Below, one piece after another: positions 1 to 10,642 of a stretch of 64,000 bases of DNA. The position numbers and the translations under genes were made by a program. The stretch spans positions 2,208,001 through 2,272,000 of the forward strand of contig OZ244922.1 of assembly GCA_965221905.1 (NCBI GenBank). The letters run 5' to 3'. Below the pieces are notes generated by a model. That model had not been told where the DNA came from and did no database searches. It saw only the letters and a program-made list of their open reading frames with translations. The first letter of the stretch is position 1. Each line of letters opens with the position of its first letter. This stretch comes from Chloroflexota bacterium. GTDB lineage: Bacteria > Chloroflexota > UBA11872 > VXOZ01.

Positions 1-899
1 TGAATCTCACTTCCTCTACCCTTCGCGGCGTTAACGTCGCCATCGTGACACCGTTTCAATCCAATCACGACTTGGATTTGGCCGGGGTCAAGCGGCTAAC
101 GCGGTTTCTGATTGACGCCGGAGTCCACGGCATTATGACAACCGGCGGCAATGGCGAGTTCCCCCATATGCTGCGGGAGGAGAAGAAAGCGGTAACGGCA
201 GCCATCGTGGAGGAAGCTGCCGGTGAAATTCCTATCATTGCCGGAACCGCGGCCGCCGGCACCAGGGAAGCGGTGCTCTTGGGTCAAGATGCGCAAGAGG
301 TTGGCGCGGATGGCACCATTGTTACTGCGCCGTACTACTTCCAGGTCTCAGAAGATGCTCTGTTTGTACACTACGAGACGATTGCACGTGAAGTGGACTT
401 GCCGATGGTCTTGTACAACAATCCGCTCTACACCGGCAATGAAATCACGCCCGGCCTGATTGACCGATTGGCGGCGGTTCCCAACGTGATCGGCCTCAAG
501 CAGAGCAACGCGGACTTTGGCATCCTCATGGAAAATATCCGCATGAACGGCGACAAGGTGGCGGTTCTCACCGGCATAGACAGCCAATTCTACGCTGCCA
601 TGGCATCGGGAGCGACCGGCATCTTCTCTACCGCGGCCTGTGTGATTCCGCGAGAGATGGTAGCAATCTACGACTTAGTGCAGGCCGGTGACTTCGCAGA
701 GGCGCGCCAACTCCAATTGAAACTGCAGGCCCTGAATCGCTACTTGGAGTACGATCCCGGTTACGTAGGGCCCTGCAAAGCGGCCCTGCGCATGCTGGGG
801 CTGCCCGCCGGCCCGGTCCGCGGTCCGTTGCCGGAAGTCACCCCCGATGAGGAGGCAGGAGTCCGCAGCGGACTAGAGGCGCTTGGGTTGCTGGCCTAA
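1..899 (+). CDS. Dihydrodipicolinate synthase (DapA/NanA) family class I aldolase; start codon cut by window edge
   Basis: Frame is open upstream of GTG 45 (NLTSSTLRGVNVAIVTPF) back to 'tg' at 1-2. Motifs GGNGE, APYY, LYNNP, Schiff-base GLKQS. Confidence 0.9.
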   Translation, partial: NLTSSTLRGVNVAIVTPFQSNHDLDLAGVKRLTRFLIDAGVHGIMTTGGNGEFPHMLREEKKAVTAAIVEEAAGEIPIIAGTAAAGTREAVLLGQDAQEVGADGTIVTAPYYFQVSEDALFVHYETIAREVDLPMVLYNNPLYTGNEITPGLIDRLAAVPNVIGLKQSNADFGILMENIRMNGDKVAVLTGIDSQFYAAMASGATGIFSTAACVIPREMVAIYDLVQAGDFAEARQLQLKLQALNRYLEYDPGYVGPCKAALRMLGLPAGPVRGPLPEVTPDEEAGVRSGLEALGLLA

Positions 900-2785
900 G
901 CCTCGATAGCTTCCGCAATCACGCGGCCCTCGGCATTGCGCGGTTGCGGCACACCCAAGAGGTGGGCAACCGTGGGTGCAATGTCCACACTGCGCGCCTG
1001 TCCCTGAAGGCCCAGCCCGCTGCGAATGTGGGGGCCGTTGATGATGAACGTCGTATGCTGACCGCCAATTCCCAAACTAACGGCGGGCAGATGCCGGCCG
1101 TGACATGCGTCGAATTCAGGATGCACGGCCCACACGACATCACCCACGAGATCGCCCCATAGATTGAGCATCTCGGCGTTCTCTCGCGTGACGGCGAGGG
1201 CGAAGGGTTGCTTGCCGGTGCCGGGGTCCACGTAGGTCGTCAGGGCATGGATAATCTGCTGCTGCACTTTATCGAAGTCTTCCGGTTCAACGATCCCTCC
1301 AGGATCGCGCCCCTTCAGATTGATGAAGACATGTATCGTCCCGACCGGAATGGCTGCGCTCCGGCTGAGATCGGTCTCCCCAGTGGCCGGGTCTAAGACA
1401 AGCAGACCGACCTTTTCGAGAACGTCCGCCGCGGCAATGGGCGGCACAAAGTCCGGTGTGCCGCCGTGGTCGGACGTGACCACTACAACCGTTTCGTCGT
1501 CCTGCAGCTCCAGTAGCCTCCCTACCCAGCGATCAACCGAGGCAATCAGGCGGGTCATGCCCTCAAGCGAGCGGGCAACGACACTCTCCGGCGCACCGCA
1601 GCGCGGGTCCGTCTGGGCCATAAAGAAGTGGTTGCCATAGTCGAGCGAATGGACCTCCGTAAAGAGCACGTCCCAATCGCGCGTGGCGCAGAGGTGATGG
1701 GCGACGTCGGCTAAGCAGGCGTGGTGCATGTCCAATAGCTCGAAGAACGTCTCGTCGTCAACCAGACCCAAGGTGTCACGCCCGGGATTCTGCAGAAATG
1801 GACCCACGTGGGTATCGATTTCCGTCGCGACCTCCTCAGGGTACGTATACCCTTCAGTCGCCCAAACCTGCGGCATGAAGACTTCAAACGTGTCACCATC
1901 AGGCGTGAGCGTGATGAGCTTGAATCGCACATACCCGGTAAGCGGGCGGCTACCGATTGTGAATTGCTGCCGTGACCAGTCACTCCAGTCGGCAACTGCC
2001 AGGTCCGCAATTGCCTGGCTGCCGTCGCGACTTGTGCAGATACGAACCCGGTCGTAGCCTGCGGCGGATTGCGCGTAGACGAGGCCATAGAAGGTCCGTG
2101 CTACCGCCCCCTCGGTGCCCCAGGCGGTCAAATCTGAGCGGCCGCGAGCCAATGGCTGGACCGTGAGTTCCACCTCAAGAGCAGGCTTTGCCGAATCGGG
2201 CAGGTGCGACCATTGATCGCCGTCGACTGGTCGCAGGTCAACATGGTCGACGTCTTCACCAGCTTGCAGCGTGCTGGGATCCACCGCCGCCGCATCAACC
2301 CCTCCACCAATGGGACGGGGACTCCAATTCCCCGAAACCCACAGATGGTATCCCGCAATCTGATGGTGGTTAGCCACGCCCGGCCCCGTGCCTTCAACTT
2401 GGACACCCTTGGTAATCGTCGGCGGCCAAGACATTTCCCATTTCACCAGAATAGGTGTCTTGTCCGCGCGCTCCAATGTATTCCAAAAATACTCAGCTTT
2501 GGATAGCTGCGTATTGACTCCCCAAACCGTTTCTGTCAGCGGTTTGCCGCGCGCGCGGATATTGAAGTCCATCACCTCATGGGTACCAGGCCACGCACCG
2601 GTCGAGATGGAGGTCCAGCCTGGCGGCGTGAGCGTGGGGAACACTCCCAGCATCGGCCGCCACGCGCCGGTGTCCATCAAACGCTTGAGATTCGGCGTAG
2701 CACCCTTGTCCGCCATGTGACGGACAATCTCCATGCTTGCCCCGTCAATGCCAATTATGATTGCTCGTTCGGCCATTGCCGCCAT
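896..2785 (-). CDS. Alkaline phosphatase superfamily (type I phosphodiesterase/nucleotide pyrophosphatase) protein
   Basis: IIIGIDG, PTLTPPGW (Thr nucleophile), TSDHG, C-terminal RSVDIAPT. AGGAG 8 nt before ATG 2785; exact start uncertain. Confidence 0.85.
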   Translation of the reverse strand: MAAMAERAIIIGIDGASMEIVRHMADKGATPNLKRLMDTGAWRPMLGVFPTLTPPGWTSISTGAWPGTHEVMDFNIRARGKPLTETVWGVNTQLSKAEYFWNTLERADKTPILVKWEMSWPPTITKGVQVEGTGPGVANHHQIAGYHLWVSGNWSPRPIGGGVDAAAVDPSTLQAGEDVDHVDLRPVDGDQWSHLPDSAKPALEVELTVQPLARGRSDLTAWGTEGAVARTFYGLVYAQSAAGYDRVRICTSRDGSQAIADLAVADWSDWSRQQFTIGSRPLTGYVRFKLITLTPDGDTFEVFMPQVWATEGYTYPEEVATEIDTHVGPFLQNPGRDTLGLVDDETFFELLDMHHACLADVAHHLCATRDWDVLFTEVHSLDYGNHFFMAQTDPRCGAPESVVARSLEGMTRLIASVDRWVGRLLELQDDETVVVVTSDHGGTPDFVPPIAAADVLEKVGLLVLDPATGETDLSRSAAIPVGTIHVFINLKGRDPGGIVEPEDFDKVQQQIIHALTTYVDPGTGKQPFALAVTRENAEMLNLWGDLVGDVVWAVHPEFDACHGRHLPAVSLGIGGQHTTFIINGPHIRSGLGLQGQARSVDIAPTVAHLLGVPQPRNAEGRVIAEAIEA

Positions 2786-3079
2786 AGTCATCACTCCTCT
2801 TCAGAGAAATCTACACTCAAGCTGGGAACTGCACTTGCAAATTGCGGTTCATTCTTTCAATCTATAGTTCCGGACAATGCTTTCCGATAGTAGATATGCA
2901 CGTGCCGCTTGTTTGGCCCTCTTAGAATGCGGTATACACCCGATTCTGACTTGCCATGACCTGCGCACCTAGGGAAAGCAGGCTGCCGCGCGTGGGGTGT
3001 TCTTAACACACAGGCCAATAGCAAACTTGCACGGGACTTCTACAGGCGGCAGCAGCCAAAGAGGTCGCAATTTGAGCCC

Positions 3080-4177
3080 CTAGACCATTACCTCTTCCCT
3101 TGAAATCACCCGTCCGCTCTTGCTTGAACGAATGGCCGCAGCAGTCATCGCAATGGTATTGAGGTTGTCCCGCGGCGTCACCGCGGGCTCGCGTCCGTGC
3201 GCGGAAGCGGCGATCAGATCGCCAAGCGGGCCCTGGAAAGCATCATTAAACCATGCGCCCTCAAGCTGGAAAGTCTGCACATTGCGAGGATCATCGGCAC
3301 GAACGACTGAGACCTCACTACTCGTACCCCACACACTGCCTTCCGTACCGTCGATCCACCAGTTGTAGCTGTGGGCTCCCGATGCGCGCACTATGTTATT
3401 GAATACCAAGCTTGCCATCAGACCAACCCGACCGCCCACTTCCCCAAACTCGACATTGGCTGAGTAGATGAGCGGATCCGGCCCGTTTTGGTCCGGCAAC
3501 ATGGCGGTTGTGCAGTGGAGTTGCGTCCATTCACGGTTACCTGCCATTGGAGACGCGGCAAAGTAACGGCAAAGGTCGAGGTAGTGTACGCCATGGTCGC
3601 CGATATTGAAATTGGCCATGTTCGTCCACCAACGGTCCGGCTGATCCTGAAACGAGCGCCTGAGGTGCTGGATGCTATATATCTGCCCCAGCACGCCTTG
3701 GTCCATGAACACGCGCAACGCTTTGTGCTCCGGCGCCCAGCGTGCCTGCTGGTTTACCGCCAGCAGGATTCCTGCATCTTCTGCTATGGCGATGAGTTCC
3801 TCTGCCAGGGAATATTCCATGTGCAGTGGCTTCTGCGTTAGAACCGGTCGAGGAGCGTGAGAAATCGCCTGCAGTGTTTCTTTGCGGGCGGCGGGATGCA
3901 AGGCCATATCAATGACCTTCACCTCTTCGCGCTCCAAGAGGGCATGTATGTCCGTCGTCCAAAACGGTATGTGCCAGCGCTCCGCCGTGTTCCGCGCCGC
4001 TTCCTCATCCACGTCGCAGCATGCAACGATGTTGTAGCCTGCCTTCTGGTAGGCCGGCAAATGAGCGCCGTTCGCAATGCCGCCGCAGCCAATCAGCCCG
4101 ACACCGTATTGAGTCAGGTCGATATCCGGCGGCGGCCCAGGTCGGTACTGCTCCAATTGAAGGGCCAAATTTGCCAT
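3080..4177 (-). CDS. Gfo/Idh/MocA family oxidoreductase
   Basis: GLIGCGGIA Rossmann motif, QKP (EKP-like), DHGVHYLD. Confidence 0.9.
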   Translation of the reverse strand: MANLALQLEQYRPGPPPDIDLTQYGVGLIGCGGIANGAHLPAYQKAGYNIVACCDVDEEAARNTAERWHIPFWTTDIHALLEREEVKVIDMALHPAARKETLQAISHAPRPVLTQKPLHMEYSLAEELIAIAEDAGILLAVNQQARWAPEHKALRVFMDQGVLGQIYSIQHLRRSFQDQPDRWWTNMANFNIGDHGVHYLDLCRYFAASPMAGNREWTQLHCTTAMLPDQNGPDPLIYSANVEFGEVGGRVGLMASLVFNNIVRASGAHSYNWWIDGTEGSVWGTSSEVSVVRADDPRNVQTFQLEGAWFNDAFQGPLGDLIAASAHGREPAVTPRDNLNTIAMTAAAIRSSKSGRVISREEVMV

Positions 4178-4285
4178 CAAAAGACTCCATTATTCCAAGA
4201 GCCGACAGTCAGCGATCAATTGAGACAACGAGCCCGTCGCATTGTAATTAGATGCTATCCGGCGGGCAAACCCCTCGGCAGGAAC

Positions 4286-4807
4286 TCACGGAGTCTCAAG
4301 CAAATCTTGTCCAACTGGGCTATGCCGCTCGTACCTGCGGTTGCGGTAAAGAAGCGGCAGTTGCTCACTGCCCACACCGGCAGCCTCCACTCGACCTATG
4401 AAGAGCACGCAGTTCCCTGCTACATGCTTGGCAAAGACAGTGCAATCGAGCCAGCAGACGCTGTCCTCAAAAATGGGGGATCCGGTCACGGCAAAGCGAT
4501 GGGGAATGCGGTCGAATACCGAACTCTTCACAGCTCCGGGACGCGCAAAATCCGCACCTATCGAGTGTTGCCCTGCGCCTAGCACATTGACGGCAAACGT
4601 ACCGACTGCCTCAATCCGGCCGCACGTCGCATTGCTCTCGCCAACACTTATGAGGATAAGCGGCGGTTCCGTAGCAATCGAAGTGAATGAACTGGCGGTC
4701 ATGCCGTGGAAGCCGCTAGCATCCCGCACCGTAACTACCGTGACAGGCTGCGCAACCTGACGCATCACGGTTCGAAAAGTATCAGAGTCAATCGGCATGT
4801 CGTTCAC
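4286..4807 (-). CDS. Flavin reductase family protein
   Basis: FRTVM..VTVVT, GMTASSFTS..EPPLIL, FAVNVL, PLLY. Confidence 0.9.
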   Translation of the reverse strand: MNDMPIDSDTFRTVMRQVAQPVTVVTVRDASGFHGMTASSFTSIATEPPLILISVGESNATCGRIEAVGTFAVNVLGAGQHSIGADFARPGAVKSSVFDRIPHRFAVTGSPIFEDSVCWLDCTVFAKHVAGNCVLFIGRVEAAGVGSEQLPLLYRNRRYERHSPVGQDLLETP

Positions 4808-4879
4808 GCATCCTATGTGAAGGTATAGTTTCCACTCATAGTATATCTCACAGGGAGGAATTGAAGATTCTTTGGCTTG

Positions 4880-6256
4880 TCAGTGGTGGCCAAGGTACCA
4901 GTCCATGAGCTGCTGCTTTAGCGCCGTAACCACCCCCGCCTTGTCAGAATCACTGTAGCAGTTGTGCAGTTCCCAGGGGTCTTCCCGCACATTGTACAGT
5001 TCGTTGAGTTCCCGCCCCGGCGTGTATACGAACTTCCATTCCGGCGTCCGCACCATGGTTGAGATTTCGGTCTGTCGTCCACTGGCGGGCGGCCCGAAAG
5101 GGAGATTATTGCCGCGCGCAGGATCGTCTACCATGGCGGCAGGAAACGCGCCAACCTCAGCAAAGGCGACATTTCGCAGGTTCTCTCTTCCTTCCCAGGC
5201 CGGCACGAAAGAGCGTCCGTGCATGTTTTCCGGAACCTCCATCCCAACCCAGTCTAATATGGTAGGAGCCAAGTTGGTGGAGTCCGTAATCTCCGCAATG
5301 CGTTCGCCCTGCGGCACAAAGTGATCGGGCCCGGCGACAACCGCCGGTATGCGGACCAAACAGTCGTACAAGGTACAACTCTTGCCAAACATGCGGTGCT
5401 CTCCAGCATAGTCGCCGTGATCGGAAGAGTAGATGATCACTGTGTTGTCGAGCACACCCCGTGCTTCCAAATAGCCAACAAGGCGCGCCACTTGGTCGTC
5501 GAGGTGGTTGACCATGCCGTAGTAAACCGCTAGCGCTTTGCGAAGCTCTTGCTCGTCCGCATCCCAAGTGCCGCCATCACGTGCAGTTTGCTCATGCGCC
5601 TTTGGTTTGTCTGCATGGGGACCCTCTGTCGGCGGCAACGTGATTCGCGAGGGATCGTAAAGTGAGAAGTATGGTTCAGCCGCAAAAAATGGCGGATGGG
5701 GATCCAAGTACGCTATGTGCAGGAAGAAAGGGCGCGCAGAACTGCATGACTCTACGAAATTCATGCCAATGGTCGTCATAGCGCCGTTCAGGTCTTCATC
5801 CGGGGGCACTGGAACTTCCGCGACCATGTGCTGCACTCGTTTTGGGGCCTGCTCGACCAGTTCTCTTCGCAACCGACCTCGTTCCGACAGTATGCCTTTG
5901 CCGATGTCGTGTTCAAACTGAAAGCCGCGTCCTCCCCCACCCCGACCGCCGTGAAAATGCCCTACCGCGCCTGTTTGATATCCCACCTCACTTAGCCGCT
6001 CTGCCAAAGTAGCTTCATAGTGCGGCAGCGTGTATCCATTGCCATGTACTCCAATGGCATGGGCATAACGTCCAGTCATCAGGATGCACCGCGCGGGTAA
6101 GCAGAATGGATGCGGGGTAAAGTAATTCTCAAAGACCACACCGCGTTGTGCCAAAGATTCAAGTGCGGGCGTCTTCACGTCGGCATTACCGTACAGCCCA
6201 AGGCTGGTCGCCTTCTGCTGATCCGCGAGTAGTAGCACAATGTTCGGCAATGCCAT
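4880..6256 (-). CDS. Sulfatase (Cys-type, formylglycine-dependent)
   Basis: PNIVLLLADQ, CLPAR (CxPxR), SSDHGD, ELYNVREDPWE. Confidence 0.92.
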   Translation of the reverse strand: MALPNIVLLLADQQKATSLGLYGNADVKTPALESLAQRGVVFENYFTPHPFCLPARCILMTGRYAHAIGVHGNGYTLPHYEATLAERLSEVGYQTGAVGHFHGGRGGGGRGFQFEHDIGKGILSERGRLRRELVEQAPKRVQHMVAEVPVPPDEDLNGAMTTIGMNFVESCSSARPFFLHIAYLDPHPPFFAAEPYFSLYDPSRITLPPTEGPHADKPKAHEQTARDGGTWDADEQELRKALAVYYGMVNHLDDQVARLVGYLEARGVLDNTVIIYSSDHGDYAGEHRMFGKSCTLYDCLVRIPAVVAGPDHFVPQGERIAEITDSTNLAPTILDWVGMEVPENMHGRSFVPAWEGRENLRNVAFAEVGAFPAAMVDDPARGNNLPFGPPASGRQTEISTMVRTPEWKFVYTPGRELNELYNVREDPWELHNCYSDSDKAGVVTALKQQLMDWYLGHH

Positions 6257-6424
6257 ATCTTGCCTCAGTTCTCTTTTGCAGCGCCAGCCATGCCGCTGGA
6301 TGTGTCCCTCTTCCGGCTATCGTGCCAAGGCGAGTCAGGCCTTGTAACTGATGACAGGAGCGGATAACAGAAAACCGGGGAATGTCCCCAGTTCGATCTC
6401 CGGTCTTATCACGACAATCGTAGT

Positions 6425-7084
6425 TCAGTCTGCGTTCTTACTCGACGCATCCATATGCATAAGCAGGGAAGTCGTCCAGTGTGCCCTGCGCCGCCGCGTG
6501 GCGTCAGCACTAAAGCCGGTCGGCTCGCCGGCAACGAGGCGCTCCAGCAGACTGTGGTTTCCCTGAAGAAAGAGACGCACTTTCATAACGCCGTACGCAT
6601 ACTCAGGATGATTCTCAGCGAGATAAGCGAATACGGATCCGGACGCCTGTTCGAATCGCTCCTTGTTGCCTTCCGTGAGCACAAGCGTTTCAGTCTCTTG
6701 CAGGATATTGCGCGGTTCAATGCGCACTCGACTGGCAACGTCCTGCACGGACATACCTTGCTCGTGGGCGAGCTCTCGAAAACGGAGGGCAATTTCATCG
6801 TCGCTCAGGCAGTCAACGTCGGTCTGCGGTCGCCGCGACTCCAGGCTCTGTTGAATACCCTCCCAATCGACTTCAAGGTTTGGATACAGCTCGGAAATCT
6901 CGAATTGAAGGTCAGTCGTTACATGCGGCCGACCGCCAAGGTAAGCCAAGAATTGGGTGCGGGTACCAAGATCATCCACAATGTCGCGGACGAGCCACGC
7001 TACCCAAACCGCTTTATCTTTTAACTCAGTTGCGGCTTCGGGCACCCACTTTATGTAAGCATTCTCGCGCGCTGTATCTGGCAC
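6425..7084 (-). CDS. Hypothetical protein with possible internal XRE-like HTH
   Basis: 219-aa ORF directly after infC, co-oriented; LRFRELAHEQGMSVQDVASRVRI resembles an HTH. Confidence 0.65.
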   Translation of the reverse strand: MPDTARENAYIKWVPEAATELKDKAVWVAWLVRDIVDDLGTRTQFLAYLGGRPHVTTDLQFEISELYPNLEVDWEGIQQSLESRRPQTDVDCLSDDEIALRFRELAHEQGMSVQDVASRVRIEPRNILQETETLVLTEGNKERFEQASGSVFAYLAENHPEYAYGVMKVRLFLQGNHSLLERLVAGEPTGFSADATRRRRAHWTTSLLMHMDASSKNAD

Positions 7085-7107
7085 GGAGCCGTTCTATCCT
7101 GTTTCTG

Positions 7108-7671
7108 CTAAGTCACCTTTTGGTTACTTGTGGTGGCGCCGTTATCCTTAGCGCGCCGCACATTGGGTTTAGGACTCAGGTACGTCGAGAGTTGGTTGCC
7201 CTCCATGATAGGCCTGCGCTCCACAACTGCGACTTCCTCAAGCTGCTCGAGAACAGAGCGCAACACATCATGGCCGTGCTCTGGGTGCGCCATCTGTCTC
7301 CGTAAGAATCGGACAAATGCCTTTACTTTGTGACCCTCTTCCAAGAACCTGTTTATGCGGGCCACACGATAGTCGATATCGTGCCGGTCCATCACAGGGC
7401 TGAATCGCACTTCCTTCAAAGTGGAAGCGGCACGATTCTTGCGTGAGTTGCGTTCTTCCCTGGTCTGACGGTACTTATACTTCCCGTAGTCCATGAGTCG
7501 ACAAACCGGTGGGGAAGCGTTCGGGGACACCTCGACTAAGTCCACCTCACGTTCTTGAGCAATTGCAAGTGCTTGCTCAAGTTCCAATATGCCGACTTGC
7601 TCTCCATTTTCATCAATAACGCGAACTACTCGTGCCCGAATTTCGCGATTATTGCGCGCCTCTTTGACTAT
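7108..7671 (-). CDS. infC: Translation initiation factor IF-3, non-canonical ATA start
   Basis: DLVEVSPNASPPVCRLMDYGKYKY, LKEVRF, GHKVK. Frame extends 28 codons above 7587 (IVKEARNNREIRARVVRVIDENGEQVGI) to ATA 7671, with in-frame TGA two codons upstream and AGGAGG SD. Confidence 0.95.
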   Translation of the reverse strand: MVKEARNNREIRARVVRVIDENGEQVGILELEQALAIAQEREVDLVEVSPNASPPVCRLMDYGKYKYRQTREERNSRKNRAASTLKEVRFSPVMDRHDIDYRVARINRFLEEGHKVKAFVRFLRRQMAHPEHGHDVLRSVLEQLEEVAVVERRPIMEGNQLSTYLSPKPNVRRAKDNGATTSNQKVT

Positions 7672-7745
7672 AGGTCATCCCTCCTACATGCTTGCATGAA
7701 GTCACTATTCACTCGCTGGACTATACCATATGAATATGCCGAGAA

Positions 7746-8867
7746 TCAAGACCCATCCAGCATTGGCACACGCGAATCGATCTCATCGCCTGCTCCTGCC
7801 GTTTGGCGTGCGCTCAGACTTGGCCGATTTAGAAGCGTCCTATTCTGTGTCGCGGAAAGATGATCGCGCGCGTTGCCCTTTCGAACCTGCATTTGGGCCA
7901 AGTCTCGGGCCCTTATGGCAAGCGAACGTTTGAGAACTAGATCGCAACCCGAACTGGAAAAGCCATAGACTGCAAACGCCCGATGAACATCTGTGGCGTA
8001 TGCAGGCACTCTGGACCGGATTAGACTACTGCCTTGTTCTCCGGCATGTTCCAAGGCGGTAGCAAGCAAGTTACTAGCTAGATCGCTGTTGCCGGGCGCC
8101 ACGCCTAATTGGATCCGCAGTTCGCCACTCTTGCCCGGAGTTTCCGTCAGCCAGCCCACCAATCCTTCCGCGTCCTCCACAACCCAGCGGGCTGCTTTCA
8201 AAGACAACCGCGACGAGCTACGCCGCAACTGCCAGTCCCGCGAGGTACGTCCTTCCGCAAGGCGCACAATCTGAGGAGTAGTGCGCAGATAAAGTTGGTG
8301 CAGCGACCATGCATCACCCCTCTCCTGCTTGCGCAGCCCCCGCAACTTGGGTGCCGTCACCGAGAACGGAGATGAGCGCACATATGTATCTTCCTGCATT
8401 GTAATAGCGAAACCCGCTCTGCGGAATGTCGGCACTAACCAACTCTCCTCCGGCACCCTTACTACAACACCCGTCTTGCGCTTTGCCCCGGCAAGGCGGC
8501 AGATTTCGTCGAGTAGCGCGAGCAGTCGTGCTAAAAAAAGGTTAGATTCTGCTGACGCTTCACAACGCGACTCTGCAAGTACCAAGTGCATGATTTCCCA
8601 CTGATCGCGGCCGGATTGTCGCGCCATTTGCGCCATTGCAACTGCCTGTCGTCCCTCCCAAACCGCCGCAGCACAAGAATCACGCAGAGCCATACCAAAC
8701 AACAGTCCCATCGTCGGCGACCAAGGGGAGTCGGCAGTTACAAGAGATTCGCCGGCGCTGCATTGCAGTCGCAAGACCCCCAAAAACTGAAGGGCATCCT
8801 GCCGTTTGACTGCGCCTGTCTGAACCACTTTACCTCGCGCCATGCCGCAGAGCTTGCCGGCACTCAC
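7746..8867 (-). CDS. Hypothetical protein, probable tandem GNAT-like fold
   Basis: 373-aa ORF with GNAT-like segments (FRRAGF; LVGWL; AFAVYGF); start uncertain. Confidence 0.55.
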   Translation of the reverse strand: MSAGKLCGMARGKVVQTGAVKRQDALQFLGVLRLQCSAGESLVTADSPWSPTMGLLFGMALRDSCAAAVWEGRQAVAMAQMARQSGRDQWEIMHLVLAESRCEASAESNLFLARLLALLDEICRLAGAKRKTGVVVRVPEESWLVPTFRRAGFAITMQEDTYVRSSPFSVTAPKLRGLRKQERGDAWSLHQLYLRTTPQIVRLAEGRTSRDWQLRRSSSRLSLKAARWVVEDAEGLVGWLTETPGKSGELRIQLGVAPGNSDLASNLLATALEHAGEQGSSLIRSRVPAYATDVHRAFAVYGFSSSGCDLVLKRSLAIRARDLAQMQVRKGNARDHLSATQNRTLLNRPSLSARQTAGAGDEIDSRVPMLDGS

Positions 8868-8912
8868 TTGCGCTCCGCATCAGGCCAAGACAGAAAACAC
8901 TGAGGTTCCATC

Positions 8913-9500
8913 TTAGGCGTTCACTCGAGAGCACAGTGTGAGGAAATACTGATGCAACCGCCGGTCACCCACGATCTCCGGGTGAAAAGCTGTTGCAAGC
9001 ATCAAATCCTGTTGAATAGCAACAATACAATCGTTAGAAGGCAAACGACCCAGCACTGCTACGTTTGGTCCAATCGATTCAACCATGGGCGCACGAATGA
9101 AAACTGCGGGAAACGGCCCACCATCTATACATTCAATGGGAACGTCGGCCTCAAAACTGTTTATCTGACTGCCAAAGGCGTTGCGCAGTATGCGGGAATC
9201 CATGACACCGAGCAATGGTTGTGCACTTTCGCCGATGTCATTTGCAAGCAGTATCATCCCGGCGCAAGTACCCCAGACCGCCATTTTCTCCGCAAGGATA
9301 CGGTGCCGAATAGGCTCCAATAAATCGAATATCACCATCAGCTTGCCAATGGTAGTGCTCTCGCCACCAGGGATGATGAGCCCTTGTAGGTCTTCAAGGT
9401 CCTTTGGCAACTTTACTTGCTCAGCGTCTATGCCCAATTCGCGCAGCGCATCGACGTGCTCGCGAACGTCGCCCTGGACCGCCAGCACGCCGACGTTCAT
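8913..9500 (-). CDS. pdxT: Pyridoxal 5'-phosphate synthase glutaminase subunit
   Basis: GVLAVQG, PGGEST, GTCAG, RNAFG, FIRAP, FHPE; follows pdxS. Confidence 0.97.
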   Translation of the reverse strand: MNVGVLAVQGDVREHVDALRELGIDAEQVKLPKDLEDLQGLIIPGGESTTIGKLMVIFDLLEPIRHRILAEKMAVWGTCAGMILLANDIGESAQPLLGVMDSRILRNAFGSQINSFEADVPIECIDGGPFPAVFIRAPMVESIGPNVAVLGRLPSNDCIVAIQQDLMLATAFHPEIVGDRRLHQYFLTLCSRVNA

Positions 9501-9508
9501 CTCGTTCT

Positions 9509-10390
9509 CTACCACCCTCGAACCGCAAGCAGTTCCTCTTTGGGCATAGAACGCACGTCAATGCCGGACATCGGTTCACCCAGACCCCGAGAGACGTCGG
9601 CAACAATCTGAGGATCCTGGTAATGAGTGGTCGCCTTTACGATAGCGGCGGCCCGAATTGCCGGGTCTTCAGACTTGAAAATACCTGAACCCACAAAGTT
9701 ACCATCGCAACCAAGTTGCATCATGAGGGCCGCATCGGCAGGTGTGGCGATGCCACCGGCGGAAAAATTGACGACAGGCAATGCGCCGCGTTCCGCTACT
9801 TCCACCACAAGCCCAAAAGGAGCGCCAAGTCCCTTGGCCTCCGCCATGAGCTCTTCCGGACGCATATTTTGCAATCGGCGAATTGCGCCGTTGACAGCGC
9901 GAATGTGGCGCACTGCTTCCACAACGTTGCCGGTGCCAGCCTCGCCTTTCGTCCGAATCATGGCCGCACCTTCGCCAAGGCGCCTCAGGGCCTCGCCCAG
10001 GTCTCGTGCACCGCACACAAAAGGAATAGTAAATGCGCTCTTATCAATATGATGTTCTTCATCAGCGGGTGTAAGCACTTCCGACTCGTCAACGTAGTCA
10101 ATTCCCAATGCTTCCAGCACTTGCGCTTCGACGAAGTGACCGATTCGGCATTTCGCCATAACAGGAATCGTAACCGAATTCTTGATCTGCGTGACGAGTT
10201 CGGGGTCTGACATGCGCGCCACGCCGCCTTGCGTACGGATATCTGACGGCACTCTTTCGAGCGCCATTACGGCTACCGCGCCAGCATCCTCGGCGATCCT
10301 GGCTTGCTCCGGCGTGACGACATCCATAATGACACCGCCTTTAAGCATCTGTGCCATACCGGTATTGACACGCCATGTACCCTTTTCCAT
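9509..10390 (-). CDS. pdxS: Pyridoxal 5'-phosphate synthase lyase subunit
   Basis: [41 protein letters not shown]. Confidence 0.98.
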   Translation of the reverse strand: MEKGTWRVNTGMAQMLKGGVIMDVVTPEQARIAEDAGAVAVMALERVPSDIRTQGGVARMSDPELVTQIKNSVTIPVMAKCRIGHFVEAQVLEALGIDYVDESEVLTPADEEHHIDKSAFTIPFVCGARDLGEALRRLGEGAAMIRTKGEAGTGNVVEAVRHIRAVNGAIRRLQNMRPEELMAEAKGLGAPFGLVVEVAERGALPVVNFSAGGIATPADAALMMQLGCDGNFVGSGIFKSEDPAIRAAAIVKATTHYQDPQIVADVSRGLGEPMSGIDVRSMPKEELLAVRGW

Positions 10391-10642
10391 ATAGTGCCTG
10401 CCTCTAGGTTGCTACACCTCACCCGATCTCCCATTATTTCATGTTTCATCTTACCTAGCAAAGCCCGCCTCGGCAAGAGGGTACCACTATATCCGACCAC
10501 ATCCTTCAGTCAACTGCCCACAGTAGCACTCCTACTTTAGGCGATTAGCCGTCTACAGTTTGAAAGACCGTGCGAAACTTGCTATCATGATGCGCCAGAA
10601 GTACGATTGTACAGGTGCGAACTTGATCAGAAGGGGTGTCCC

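Noticed and set aside
896-899. 4-bp CTAA overlap of convergent stop codons (also 41130-41133)
   Set aside because: Common in compact genomes; no special meaning evident.
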